A stretch of DNA of 32,000 nt from Ruminococcus albus 7 = DSM 20455 (GCF_000179635.2 NC_014833.1:1020001-1052000); one strand, 5' to 3'; numbered from the stretch's first letter, positions 1 to 8,617 are shown. A program made the numbers and translations. Notes: a model not told the origin generated them from the letters alone.

Positions 1-2
1 TC

Positions 3-1097
3 ATAGTAGGTGACGAAACTCCTGCTATTTATTGTGGCAAGGGCAATGATAAGATACGCGGCAAGGAATTTGATGACGTGTATATCTATAACCTCGGTGA
101 CGGACATGATATTGTCAGAGATTACACTATATGGGGACGTTCATACGATGAGGTACGCTTCGGCAAGGGTATAACTTCCGATATGCTGTGTGTAAAGGTT
201 GACGGAAATGAAGCAGTTATGTCCATACCCAATACCGAAGATTCCGTCACCATTATAAAGGGCGAGATCGAGCTCTTTACTTTCGTGGACGGAACAAAAC
301 TGGATGAGAGCGAGATCTTCGCAAAGGCAGCCGATCATCACTACTCCGAAACACCTGAGTGTGTATGGACAAATAATGAAGGCAATTACTCTGCAAAATT
401 CGTGTTCGTATGCTCCGACTGCGGTGCAAAAGTAAGCTATGCAGCAGAAGTAGAGTGTGAAGAAGGCGATGACGGTGTTAAGGTATATACCGCCAAAGCG
501 ACTGTTGCAGGCAAGGAACATACAGCTGTATACAAGAAAACTCCTGTATCATATAAAGCCCCAAAGATATCTTATGAGGCTGGCGCAAATTCTGTAAAAC
601 TCAGCTGGACAAAGGTCGATGCTGCTGATATGTACGGTGTATACGGCTATGTAAGCGGCAAGTGGCAGCTGATAAGCGAGAGCAAGGATACTTCTTTCGT
701 GCTTAATTCTCTGAAGGCAGGCACCGAATATAAGGTCGCTGTTGTTTCCAAGATCGACGGCAAGTGGAATAAGGATACCTCAAATGCTGTAACTGTAAAA
801 ACACTGGATCAAGCACAGAGCAGATATCCTTCTGTAACAAGTACACAGTACAATGATAAGTATCACCAGTTCAGACTCAACTGGACAAAGGTAAATGGCG
901 CATCCCAGTACGGTGTCGCTGTTAAGATCGCAGGAAAGTGGAAAGTATACGCATATACCGATGCCAATACCACAACATTCACATCTCCCAAGCTGAAAGC
1001 AGGCAGCACATACGAAATGGTGATATGTGCTAAGGTTAACGGCAAGTGGGACACTTCAAACCTTAATGCAAGAGCATTCAAAGTCACTGTAAAGTGA
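3..1097 (+). CDS. 3' part of a secreted multi-module surface protein; the 5' end lies outside the window. Contains an RTX-like Ca-binding repeat, a Cys-containing ~65-aa module and two C-terminal Fn3-like modules.
   Basis: The frame is open from base 3, with no stop before the track's M at 78. GKGNDKIRG resembles the GGxGxDxUx nonapeptide. Nt 558-803 and 825-1094 encode the module repeated in four other proteins here. TGA at 1095-1097 is followed by a terminator hairpin. Confidence 0.8.
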   Translation: MVGDETPAIYCGKGNDKIRGKEFDDVYIYNLGDGHDIVRDYTIWGRSYDEVRFGKGITSDMLCVKVDGNEAVMSIPNTEDSVTIIKGEIELFTFVDGTKLDESEIFAKAADHHYSETPECVWTNNEGNYSAKFVFVCSDCGAKVSYAAEVECEEGDDGVKVYTAKATVAGKEHTAVYKKTPVSYKAPKISYEAGANSVKLSWTKVDAADMYGVYGYVSGKWQLISESKDTSFVLNSLKAGTEYKVAVVSKIDGKWNKDTSNAVTVKTLDQAQSRYPSVTSTQYNDKYHQFRLNWTKVNGASQYGVAVKIAGKWKVYAYTDANTTTFTSPKLKAGSTYEMVICAKVNGKWDTSNLNARAFKVTVK

Positions 1098-1120
1098 TCA
1101 TGTGTACAAAATAACAGACA

Positions 1121-1165
1121 ACACAACCGACGGTATCTTTTCGGATACTGTCGGTTGTGTTTGTA
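1121..1165 (+). terminator. Rho-independent terminator of the surface-protein gene
   Basis: 17-bp stem ACACAACCGACGGTATC / GATACTGTCGGTTGTGT (one G-U), loop TTTTCG, then TTTGT. Confidence 0.75.
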
Positions 1166-1222
1166 TGACATCATCTCCATAGCGATTTAAATGACAGCTA
1201 TGTAAATAACATATTAAAACTA

Positions 1223-1251
1223 TTGACTTAGTATGATTAAGGTGATATAAT
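1223..1251 (+). promoter_or_regulatory. SigA-type promoter of the thiF-ttcA-desulfurase operon
   Basis: TTGACT (1223-1228), 17-nt spacer, TGA-TATAAT (TATAAT at 1246-1251), about 25 nt upstream of the ATG at 1277. Confidence 0.7.
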
Positions 1252-1276
1252 AGATAAGATATTGAAAGGGGAGTAG

Positions 1277-2095
1277 ATGATAATGGCACTCACCGATGAA
1301 CAGCTTGAACGTTATTCAAGGCACATCACACTGAAAGAGATAGGTGTTAGGGGGCAGAAAAAACTGCTTTCATCAAGGATACTTATAATAGGCGCAGGCG
1401 GACTTGGCTCACCTGCAGCAATGTACCTGGCAGCCGCAGGTGTGGGCACCATAGGTATCGCTGACAGTGACAAGGTAGAGCTTTCAAATCTGCAAAGGCA
1501 GATAATACATACTACCGAGGATATCGGCAAGTCTAAAGCTGCTTCCGCCGAAGATACCATAAATGCCCTGAATCCCGATGTTACGGTCAATACCTACGAG
1601 ATAAGGGTCAACAGCACTAATATCCTTGACCTTATAAAGGACTACGATTTCATCATCGACGGCACAGATAACTTTGCGGCAAAGTTTCTTATAAACGATG
1701 CCTGCGTGCTGGCAAAAAAGCCTTTCTCCCATGCGGGAATACTGCGTTTCACAGGTCAGCTGATGACCTGTGTTCCCGATAAATCCCCATGTTACCGATG
1801 TATCTTTGAAGCACCTCCCCCGAAGGACACTGTGCCCACCTGCCGTGAAGCAGGTGTCATCGGTGCCATGGCAGGTATAATAGGCACCATGCAGGCGCTT
1901 GAAGCCATAAAATATATCACGGGTCAGGGTGAACTGCTAACCGGCTTTATGCTTACCTTTGACGGACTTAAAAATGAATGGCGAAAGATAAAGCTCCCCG
2001 AGAGAGTAAAACACTGTGCCGTCTGCGGTGAGCATCCTGCTATAACCGTCCCCGTTGACTTTGAAGAAACAGAATGTGAGCTTTGCAAGGAGTAA
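1277..2095 (+). CDS. ThiF/MoeB/HesA-family E1-like adenylyltransferase
   Basis: Motifs seen: RYSRHI, the Rossmann motif IIGAGGLGSPAAMYLAAAGVG, SNLQRQ, and two CxxC pairs (CYRC, CAVC) typical of the MoeB/ThiF zinc site. GGGGAG RBS before the ATG. Confidence 0.9.
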   Translation: MIMALTDEQLERYSRHITLKEIGVRGQKKLLSSRILIIGAGGLGSPAAMYLAAAGVGTIGIADSDKVELSNLQRQIIHTTEDIGKSKAASAEDTINALNPDVTVNTYEIRVNSTNILDLIKDYDFIIDGTDNFAAKFLINDACVLAKKPFSHAGILRFTGQLMTCVPDKSPCYRCIFEAPPPKDTVPTCREAGVIGAMAGIIGTMQALEAIKYITGQGELLTGFMLTFDGLKNEWRKIKLPERVKHCAVCGEHPAITVPVDFEETECELCKE

Positions 2096-2096
2096 T

Positions 2097-2984
2097 ATGA
2101 TGAGCGAAAATATAGTGATACCCAACGATATCGAGCTTTCGGTGGTGAAAAAATTCCGCCGTGAGATATGGTCAGGATTCTTAAAAGGCATAAAGGAGTA
2201 TGACCTCATCCAGGAGGGGGACAGGATCGCTGTCTGTATCTCGGGCGGCAAGGATTCAATGCTGATGGCACTTTGTATGAAGCGTCTGCAAAGGTATTCA
2301 AAAGTCCCCTTTGAAGTAGTGTTCCTGGTCATGGATCCCGGGTATAACGAGATAAACTATCAGAAGATAGTCGAGAATGCCGAAACACTGGAAATACCTA
2401 TACAAGTATTTAAAACGGGAATATTCGATGCAGTGGCAAAAGTGGATGAGCACCCATGCTACCTCTGCGCCCGCATGAGGAGAGGTCACCTGTACAAGAC
2501 AGCCAAGGAACTTGGATGTAACAAGATAGCGCTTGGCCACCATTTTGATGATGTTATCGAAACCATACTTATGGGTATGCTATACGGTTCACAGGTGCAG
2601 ACCATGATGCCCAAGATACACAGTGAGAATTACGAGGGTATGCAGCTGATACGCCCAATGTATATGGTCAGGGAAGCGGATATCATCCGCTGGAAACAGT
2701 ACAACGACCTGCAGTTCATCCAGTGCGCCTGCCGCTTCACCGAAAACTGTACCATGTGTGATAACGGCGGCGGAGGTTCTAAGCGTCAGGAGATCAAAAA
2801 TCTGCTCAAACAGCTTCGTGCTGTAAATCCCGCGGTGGATAAGAATATTTTCAGAAGCGTTGAAAACGTTAATCTGCAGACTATCATCTCTTATCATATA
2901 GGTGATGAATACCACCATTTTCTTGACAGATTTGACGAAGGCAGAAGCGTTCGCGGCACTAAGGCGGAGGAAGAAAATGGATAA
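2097..2984 (+). CDS. ttcA: TtcA-family PP-loop ATPase, a tRNA 2-thiocytidine synthetase-like thiolase
   Basis: SGGKDS PP-loop and HPCYLCARMRRG (CxxC). LGHHFDDVIETIL and NCTMCDNGGGGSKRQ are collinear with the E. coli TtcA motifs as I remember them. I prefer the ATG at 2097, 1 nt after the thiF stop, over the track start at 2055, which would overlap thiF by 41 nt. Confidence 0.85.
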   Translation: MMSENIVIPNDIELSVVKKFRREIWSGFLKGIKEYDLIQEGDRIAVCISGGKDSMLMALCMKRLQRYSKVPFEVVFLVMDPGYNEINYQKIVENAETLEIPIQVFKTGIFDAVAKVDEHPCYLCARMRRGHLYKTAKELGCNKIALGHHFDDVIETILMGMLYGSQVQTMMPKIHSENYEGMQLIRPMYMVREADIIRWKQYNDLQFIQCACRFTENCTMCDNGGGGSKRQEIKNLLKQLRAVNPAVDKNIFRSVENVNLQTIISYHIGDEYHHFLDRFDEGRSVRGTKAEEENG

Positions 2985-4092
2985 TATATACCTTGACTAT
3001 TCCGCAGATACTCCCCCCGATGAACGTGTGCTTTCGGTATACCTTGATACAGCCAAGGCTTGTTTTGCAAACCCAAATTCATCCCACAGCGCAGGCAGGT
3101 CAGCTAAAGCTATAGTCGATGATGCACTTGAAAAAACTGCCCGTCTGCTTGGAGTAGCTCCCGATGAGATAATATTCACAAGCGGCGCCAGCGAAGCCAA
3201 CAACCTCGCAATAAAGGGTATCGCCCATTCATACAGAAGACGGGGCAAGCATATCATATCAACTTTTTTAGAGCACAGCTCCGTCAGCGGAACACTCACC
3301 TGCCTTCAGGAACAGGGCTGGGAGATAGACTTGGTCAATATACTCCCGAACGGTAAAGTTGATCTTGACCATCTGAAAACTCTCCTGCGTGATGATACTG
3401 TGCTTTGTGCCGTATGTGCCGTTGACAGCGAGCTTGGAACGGTACAGCCACTATCCGATATCGCTGATATACTGAAAAACTACCCGAACTGTCATTTCCA
3501 CATTGATGCTACCCAGGCTATAGGCAAGACCCATACAGACCTTTCCCTTGCCGATACAGCAAGCTTTGCACCACATAAATTCTACGGGCTGAAAGGCAGC
3601 GGAGTGCTTTATAAGAAGAAAGGCGTCATCATCGAACCGCTGATACACGGAGGTGCAAGTACGACCATCTACCGCAGCGGTACCCCCGATGCACCTGCGG
3701 CAGCTGCACTTTCGGCTGCTCTTGGTCATGCTGCGGAGGAGTACAGCGAAAGATATAAGCGTGTAAAACTGCTTAATGAAAGGCTCAGGGAATACTTCAA
3801 AGCAAATAAGGATATACGCATAAACAGTCCCGATGATGCAGTCCCCCACATACTAAATATCTCCGTGAAAGGTATAAAGGGTGAAGATATGCGTCGTATG
3901 CTTGATGAAAAGGGCGTGTGCGTTTCGGTCAAGTCAGCCTCTTCTGTTGCGAACACTCCATCGCGTGCGGTAATGGCAATATCCCATGACAGAAAAAATG
4001 CTCTATCGTCATGGCGGATAAGCCTTTCACATCTTACAAAAGACAGCGAAATCGATGCTTTGATAAGTATACTCAATGCTGTGATATGTTAA
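2977..4092 (+). CDS. Class V aminotransferase-fold cysteine desulfurase (NifS/IscS-like)
   Basis: The N-terminus YLDYSADTPP, then SSHSAGR, FTSGASEANN, HIDATQAIGK, and APHKFYG (the K would be the PLP lysine). The ATG at 2977 is preceded by GGAGGAAGAAA and overlaps the ttcA stop by 8 nt. The track start at 2902 lacks an RBS. Confidence 0.9.
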   Translation: MDNIYLDYSADTPPDERVLSVYLDTAKACFANPNSSHSAGRSAKAIVDDALEKTARLLGVAPDEIIFTSGASEANNLAIKGIAHSYRRRGKHIISTFLEHSSVSGTLTCLQEQGWEIDLVNILPNGKVDLDHLKTLLRDDTVLCAVCAVDSELGTVQPLSDIADILKNYPNCHFHIDATQAIGKTHTDLSLADTASFAPHKFYGLKGSGVLYKKKGVIIEPLIHGGASTTIYRSGTPDAPAAAALSAALGHAAEEYSERYKRVKLLNERLREYFKANKDIRINSPDDAVPHILNISVKGIKGEDMRRMLDEKGVCVSVKSASSVANTPSRAVMAISHDRKNALSSWRISLSHLTKDSEIDALISILNAVIC

Positions 4093-4110
4093 ATGAACAA
4101 GGGAAGAATA

Positions 4111-4160
4111 ATGACCGTCAGATCAGGTGCACTCAGCATTTGGTCAGACGGTCATTTTCT
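4111..4160 (+). terminator. Terminator of the sulfur-relay operon
   Basis: ATGACCGTC (4111-4119) pairs with GACGGTCAT (4147-4155), followed by TTTTCT. The loop is long (27 nt), so strength is uncertain. Confidence 0.5.
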
Positions 4161-4334
4161 CTGGAAGCAGAGAATATATCAAAAACATAAACTTGAATAT
4201 CAAATATTTAAAATCTGAATTAAAATGTAATATCATTTAATGAATTTGCTGTGAATGCACAGCGAACTTGTTTCAATATGATTTTATGTTTGAAAATATT
4301 TACATATCGTCAAAGTGTTTGATCACAAAAGCGG

Positions 4335-4363
4335 TTGACATTTGTTTAAAAAAAATGTATAAT
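4335..4363 (+). promoter_or_regulatory. Consensus SigA promoter of the GH5 gene
   Basis: TTGACA (4335-4340), exactly 17 nt, TATAAT (4358-4363). Implies a leader of about 150 nt. Confidence 0.75.
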
Positions 4364-4516
4364 TAAGCAAATGAAAAAATTTATTTTCATTGAAGGAATA
4401 GTTCTGTGACGTGAAAGGCATCCTCATGTCGCAGAGAAAACCGGTAAGCCGTTCATGGCGGAGAAAAGAAATCTCCTGCTGAGGACGGCAAAAACTATCG
4501 AGAGGAGAAATATCCT

Positions 4517-6451
4517 ATGAAGAAGACAATTCAGGGCAGAGTTTTGTCAGTACTTTCTGCTGCGGCTATGGCTGCATCAGTAGCAGCTGCTCTGCCGAAC
4601 ACAGGCATCAAGGCCTCCGCACTTTCCGGACTTGATGCAAAGGGCATCGTTTCCCAGATGAAGATAGGCTGGAACCTTGGTAATACCCTTGATGCTCACA
4701 ATTCAAAGGTACCCTCAGGTTCATCACCCGAGAAGTACGCTACCCAGTGGGGTATGCCCGCACCTAATGCACAGCAGTTCCAGGCAGTAAAGGAAGCTGG
4801 TTTCAACACCGTTCGTATCCCTGTGACCTGGTATGAGCATCTTGAACAGCGCGGCAACAGCTACCATGTAAATGATCAGTGGATGAGCTATGTAAAGCAG
4901 ACCGTTGACTATGCTATCGACCGTGATATGTTCGTTATCCTGAACATTCACCACGAGGATTTCATCAATGTAGGTCAGTTCACCGATAACACCTACTATC
5001 AGGCAGAGATCAAGATGAAGAGCATCTGGTCTGAAGTTGCTGAGACATTCAAGAACTATGACCAGCACCTCATTTTCGAGGGCATGAACGAGCCCCGTGA
5101 GACAGGCAGAGGTTCCGCTATTGAGTGGGGCAGCGGTGATTCCAATTCCTGGAACTACATAAACAGACTGAACGAGACATTCGTAAGAACTGTACGTGCA
5201 CAGGGTTCCAGCCAGAACCGTGAGCGTCTGCTGATGCTTCCCGGCTACTGCGCTTCCAGCAGCTACGATGCTATAAATAATATCGCTATCCCTAACAATG
5301 CAGGCAACGTGGCACTTTCTGTCCATGCGTATGCGCCTTACTTTTTCACAATGGCGAGCGATGCTCAGGCTAACCACAACTTCCCCGGTCAGTCCGGTTG
5401 GGGCGAGGATTATGAGTCTGCACTGAGCGATATGTTCGGTTACTTTGGTCAGCTCCAGTCCATAAAGGGCGCTCCCATAATCATCGGTGAGTTCTCTGCT
5501 TCTGATTTCAACAATACTGAAGATCGTGTAAGATGGGCTAAGTCTTATCTTTCAAAGGCTAAGGAAAAGGGTATCCCCTGCGTTCTGTGGGATAACAACG
5601 TTATAGGCGCAAACGATGGTGAAGCTCACGGTTATCTGAACCGTGCAAACTGCACATGGTACACCAATTCCAAGCCCGTTATCGAAGCTATGATGGAAGT
5701 TTACGACATCAACTCCAACACAGGCGGAGAGGTAAACTCCAACTACATCTGGTCTAAGGTAAATGTTGGTTCTAACTGGATAGAGCTGTTCAAGAGCAAT
5801 GACGGCAGAACTATCGAGGCATGGAAGAACTTCACAGTTGCTGGCTGGAATAACTTCGCTAACGACAACTATGACTTCGTTCTCGTTTATGATTCCGCAA
5901 ATGAGCCTGAGCTGGTTCTCCAGGATGCAAACTATGATTACTGGAACCGTGTATCTTCAAGCGATACCACCGGTACTCCTTTCGTTAAGAAATTCACTTA
6001 TAATGATCTTACAGCTGCTATCGCTAACAGCGGTCTGTCCATGAACGATATGAGCAACCTCTTCATCAGCGCTACTACCAGCAGCATGACAGCTTATGGT
6101 CTGTATGCAGTACCTAAGAACGGTGGTACCCAGATCATTGATCCTGATCCTTATCAGCCTTCAGGCGATACATATCCTACAAATATCAGGGTTAACTACA
6201 GCTCTCAGTATCATCAGATCCAGTTCGTATGGGATGAAGTTCGCAATGCACAGAACTACGGTATCGCAGTTTATCTGGCAGGTAAGTGGAGAGTTCAGAC
6301 TTCCTATATCCCTGCTTCTACCAGAAGCTATGTAACTCCCAAGAACCTGACACCCGGTCTTTCCTATCAGGTTGCTATCGCAGCTAAGGTAAACGGTACA
6401 TGGGATACTGCAAATGCTATCAAGAACGCTGTATATGTTACTGTAAGATAA
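4517..6451 (+). CDS. Secreted GH5 endoglucanase (cellulase) with an unassigned middle module and a C-terminal Fn3-like module
   Basis: Signal peptide present. GWNLGNTLDA, FEGMNEPR (acid/base Glu) and IIIGEFSA (nucleophile Glu) are GH5 hallmarks. Nt 5736-6130 encode a module of about 130 aa with no motif I recognise. Nt 6173-6448 encode the recurrent module. Confidence 0.92.
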   Translation: MKKTIQGRVLSVLSAAAMAASVAAALPNTGIKASALSGLDAKGIVSQMKIGWNLGNTLDAHNSKVPSGSSPEKYATQWGMPAPNAQQFQAVKEAGFNTVRIPVTWYEHLEQRGNSYHVNDQWMSYVKQTVDYAIDRDMFVILNIHHEDFINVGQFTDNTYYQAEIKMKSIWSEVAETFKNYDQHLIFEGMNEPRETGRGSAIEWGSGDSNSWNYINRLNETFVRTVRAQGSSQNRERLLMLPGYCASSSYDAINNIAIPNNAGNVALSVHAYAPYFFTMASDAQANHNFPGQSGWGEDYESALSDMFGYFGQLQSIKGAPIIIGEFSASDFNNTEDRVRWAKSYLSKAKEKGIPCVLWDNNVIGANDGEAHGYLNRANCTWYTNSKPVIEAMMEVYDINSNTGGEVNSNYIWSKVNVGSNWIELFKSNDGRTIEAWKNFTVAGWNNFANDNYDFVLVYDSANEPELVLQDANYDYWNRVSSSDTTGTPFVKKFTYNDLTAAIANSGLSMNDMSNLFISATTSSMTAYGLYAVPKNGGTQIIDPDPYQPSGDTYPTNIRVNYSSQYHQIQFVWDEVRNAQNYGIAVYLAGKWRVQTSYIPASTRSYVTPKNLTPGLSYQVAIAAKVNGTWDTANAIKNAVYVTVR

Positions 6452-6496
6452 TTATACAGTATCTGTTCCAAGCGAAAAAAACGTATTAAACAGATC

Positions 6497-6530
6497 ACAC
6501 CGACATCCTCAAAGGGTGTCGGTGTTTTTT
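6497..6530 (+). terminator. Terminator of the GH5 gene
   Basis: ACACCGACATCC / GGGTGTCGGTGT stem (one G-U), loop TCAAA, then TTTTTT. Confidence 0.85.
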
Positions 6531-6600
6531 GTATGCTTATTAGCGTTATACCATGACGTTTGTGAGGGCATACCATTATCCGTATCATATTTTGATACGC

Positions 6601-6634
6601 AAAAAAGAACGGCAGACCTGTCACGTACTGCCGT
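6601..6634 (-). terminator. Terminator of the LRR-protein gene
   Basis: On the minus strand, ACGGCAG / CTGCCGT (7 bp) is followed by TTTTTT (plus-strand A6 at 6601-6606). Confidence 0.65.
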
Positions 6635-6666
6635 CCCTTTTAGAAAGAATGGTTGATTATTTCAGA

Positions 6667-8424
6667 TCACTTTACAGTAACTGTAAATGCTCTGGAACCG
6701 ATGTTGGATATATCCCACTCTCCGTTAACCTTAGCGCAAACAACCATCTGATAGGTGCTGCCTGCCTTCAGCTTGGGAGAAGTGAAGTAATTTGTATTTG
6801 CATTGGTGTAAGCCTGTACCTTCCATCTGCCAGCCAGCTTAACAGCTATGCCGTACTGGGTAGCGCCGCTAACCTTGTTCCAGATTACTCTGAACTGGTG
6901 GTACTGATCATTGTATTCTACTTTTGATACGGTAGGATAAGAAGATGTATTGTTTTCAGCATTGGGTGTTACAACGATAGCGTTGGAATCATCCATGTTC
7001 CACTGACCGTTTTTCATAGCAAAAACAACTACCTTGTAGTCAGTGCCAGCTTTCAGATCATTGATAACGTAAGATGTACCTGTGGTCTTGGTGATCATTG
7101 TCCACTTGCCGTTAACCAGACCTGCAACACCGTACTTTTCAGCCTCTTTTATTTCTGTCCATGTGAGCTTTACAGAACCATTACCTTTCTGGTAAGATAT
7201 GGTAGGATTGGAAACTGTATCAAAGAAGTACATCTTAGCACTTGCCAGTACATCGTTGTTCTCACCGATCTCAACAGCATTCCACTTAGCATGTGAACCG
7301 TGGAATGTAACATTTTTTACAGTGGAGTTATTGAATGCCTGAGCACTTATAGTCTTCAGTGTAGAAGGCAGTACGATATCTACCAGTGACTTGCAGCTGA
7401 AGAATGCAGCGCCGTCAATAGCAGTCACACCCTCAGGTATCTCTATGTAGGTTATGCCTGTTGTTGCAAAAGCAGCCTGAGGTATAGCAGTCAGGTTCTT
7501 TGAAAGAGTCACACTGCTCAGAGCATGGCAGTTGGTGAATGTCCTCTTGCCGATAGAAGTAACGCTGTCAGGGATAGTGATGCTTTCAATGAGTTTGTCG
7601 TTTGCAAAAGCATCGTTTCCTATAGTAGTCAGGGTGGAAGGAAGGTCTATATTGGTAATGCCGGAGCAGGAGCCAAAAGCTGAATCGCCGATAGTCTTCA
7701 GACCCTCATTGAAATATATCTTGTTCATGCTGCTGCAGCCGAAAAATGCATATTCACTGATATCTGTAAGGCTAGAGGGCAGAACGATACCTTTAAGGTT
7801 CTCGCACTTGTAGAATGCCTTCTTACCTATAGTAGTGATGTTGCCCTTGAATGTGACATTCTGAAGATATTCGCACTCCTGGAATGCAAAAGGCTCGATA
7901 GAGGTTACATTTTTCGGTATGGTTATAGAAGTAAGACTAGGGCAGTTTTGAAATGCACCTTCACTGATTGCAGTCAGATTATCAGAGAGTATCACAGTGC
8001 TTAGGGACATACAGGTTGCGAAAGCACCGCGTCCGAGAGTTGTTACACTGCTGGGTATCAGAGCTCTTTTCAGATAAGAACAGCTGCAGAAAGCAAAATT
8101 GCCAATCTCTGTAACAGTGCTGGGTATAGAAATCTCTGTCAGAGCGTTATTTTTTATGAAAGCATTATTGCCGATCTTGGTAACTGTCTTGCCGTCTATC
8201 TGAGAGGGGATAGTTACTGTTGAACTGCTGCCTGTATACTTTGTCACAGATACAGTTCCGTCGGAAAGTACTTCATAGTTGAAATCACCGTAAACAGCAT
8301 CAGCATTAGCTGTAACTGCGGTGTCAGCAAATATGCTGCCTATAGCAGTGCCTGGTACGTATGTAGCCGCACTGATAACAGCCAGCACACTTGCCAGTGT
8401 GGACTTCATAATCTTGTTAGCCAT
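6667..8424 (-). CDS. Secreted BspA-type leucine-rich-repeat protein with two C-terminal Fn3-like modules
   Basis: Signal peptide present. About 14 repeats of roughly 23 aa of the IPxSVTxIGxxAFxxCxxL type (LRR_5-like). Nt 6964-7209 and 6670-6939 encode the tandem module pair. AAGGAGA RBS. Confidence 0.9.
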   Translation of the reverse strand: MANKIMKSTLASVLAVISAATYVPGTAIGSIFADTAVTANADAVYGDFNYEVLSDGTVSVTKYTGSSSTVTIPSQIDGKTVTKIGNNAFIKNNALTEISIPSTVTEIGNFAFCSCSYLKRALIPSSVTTLGRGAFATCMSLSTVILSDNLTAISEGAFQNCPSLTSITIPKNVTSIEPFAFQECEYLQNVTFKGNITTIGKKAFYKCENLKGIVLPSSLTDISEYAFFGCSSMNKIYFNEGLKTIGDSAFGSCSGITNIDLPSTLTTIGNDAFANDKLIESITIPDSVTSIGKRTFTNCHALSSVTLSKNLTAIPQAAFATTGITYIEIPEGVTAIDGAAFFSCKSLVDIVLPSTLKTISAQAFNNSTVKNVTFHGSHAKWNAVEIGENNDVLASAKMYFFDTVSNPTISYQKGNGSVKLTWTEIKEAEKYGVAGLVNGKWTMITKTTGTSYVINDLKAGTDYKVVVFAMKNGQWNMDDSNAIVVTPNAENNTSSYPTVSKVEYNDQYHQFRVIWNKVSGATQYGIAVKLAGRWKVQAYTNANTNYFTSPKLKAGSTYQMVVCAKVNGEWDISNIGSRAFTVTVK

Positions 8425-8559
8425 AATTGTTATTCTCCTTATAAGTTTTACCTTAATAAATTGTTGTCAGTACCCGGTATATCAGCATGAGATATGGATA
8501 TATCAGTTTTCTCACAGCTTATAAACAGGCATCTGACTATGTGTTTGTGATATAAGTTA

Positions 8560-8573
8560 AGCAAACGTTTACT
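8560..8573 (-). promoter_or_regulatory. cre/LacI-type operator-like palindrome in the LRR gene leader
   Basis: The minus strand reads AGTAAACGTTTGCT, palindromic in 6 of 7 pairs around a central CG. It lies about +9 to +22 relative to the inferred TSS. Confidence 0.4.
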
Positions 8574-8588
8574 ATTCTTAGCACCATT

Positions 8589-8617
8589 ATTATATCATAG
8601 CAAATTGGGACATTCAA
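8589..8617 (-). promoter_or_regulatory. SigA promoter of the LRR-protein gene
   Basis: Minus strand: TTGAAT, 17 nt, TGA-TATAAT. Plus-strand ATTATA is at 8589-8594 and ATTCAA at 8612-8617. Confidence 0.7.

Noticed and set aside
2055-2096. Longer N-terminal extensions given by the ORF track (2055, 2902, 10963, 15862, 27864, 29656, 30212)
   Set aside because: Each extension overlaps the preceding gene or the ribosome-binding site itself. In-frame internal starts with proper Shine-Dalgarno spacing exist and give sensible N-termini (signal peptides, domain starts).
4093-4218. 41-codon ORF directly after the cysteine desulfurase stop, considered as a possible ThiS/TtuB-like sulfur carrier
   Set aside because: It has no RBS, it spans the terminator hairpin, and the peptide is basic and does not end in Gly-Gly. 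The region 1098-1276 likewise holds only a terminator and a promoter.
4724-5377. Antisense ORFs of 100-240 aa inside the GH5, surface-protein, trpS, dxs, aminopeptidase and other genes. Examples: 4724-5377, 25882-26592, 31185-31712, 13397-14008, 9242-9877.
   Set aside because: Each is nested in or opposite a gene with clear family motifs. They lack Shine-Dalgarno sequences and translate to Cys/Ser/Leu-rich noise.
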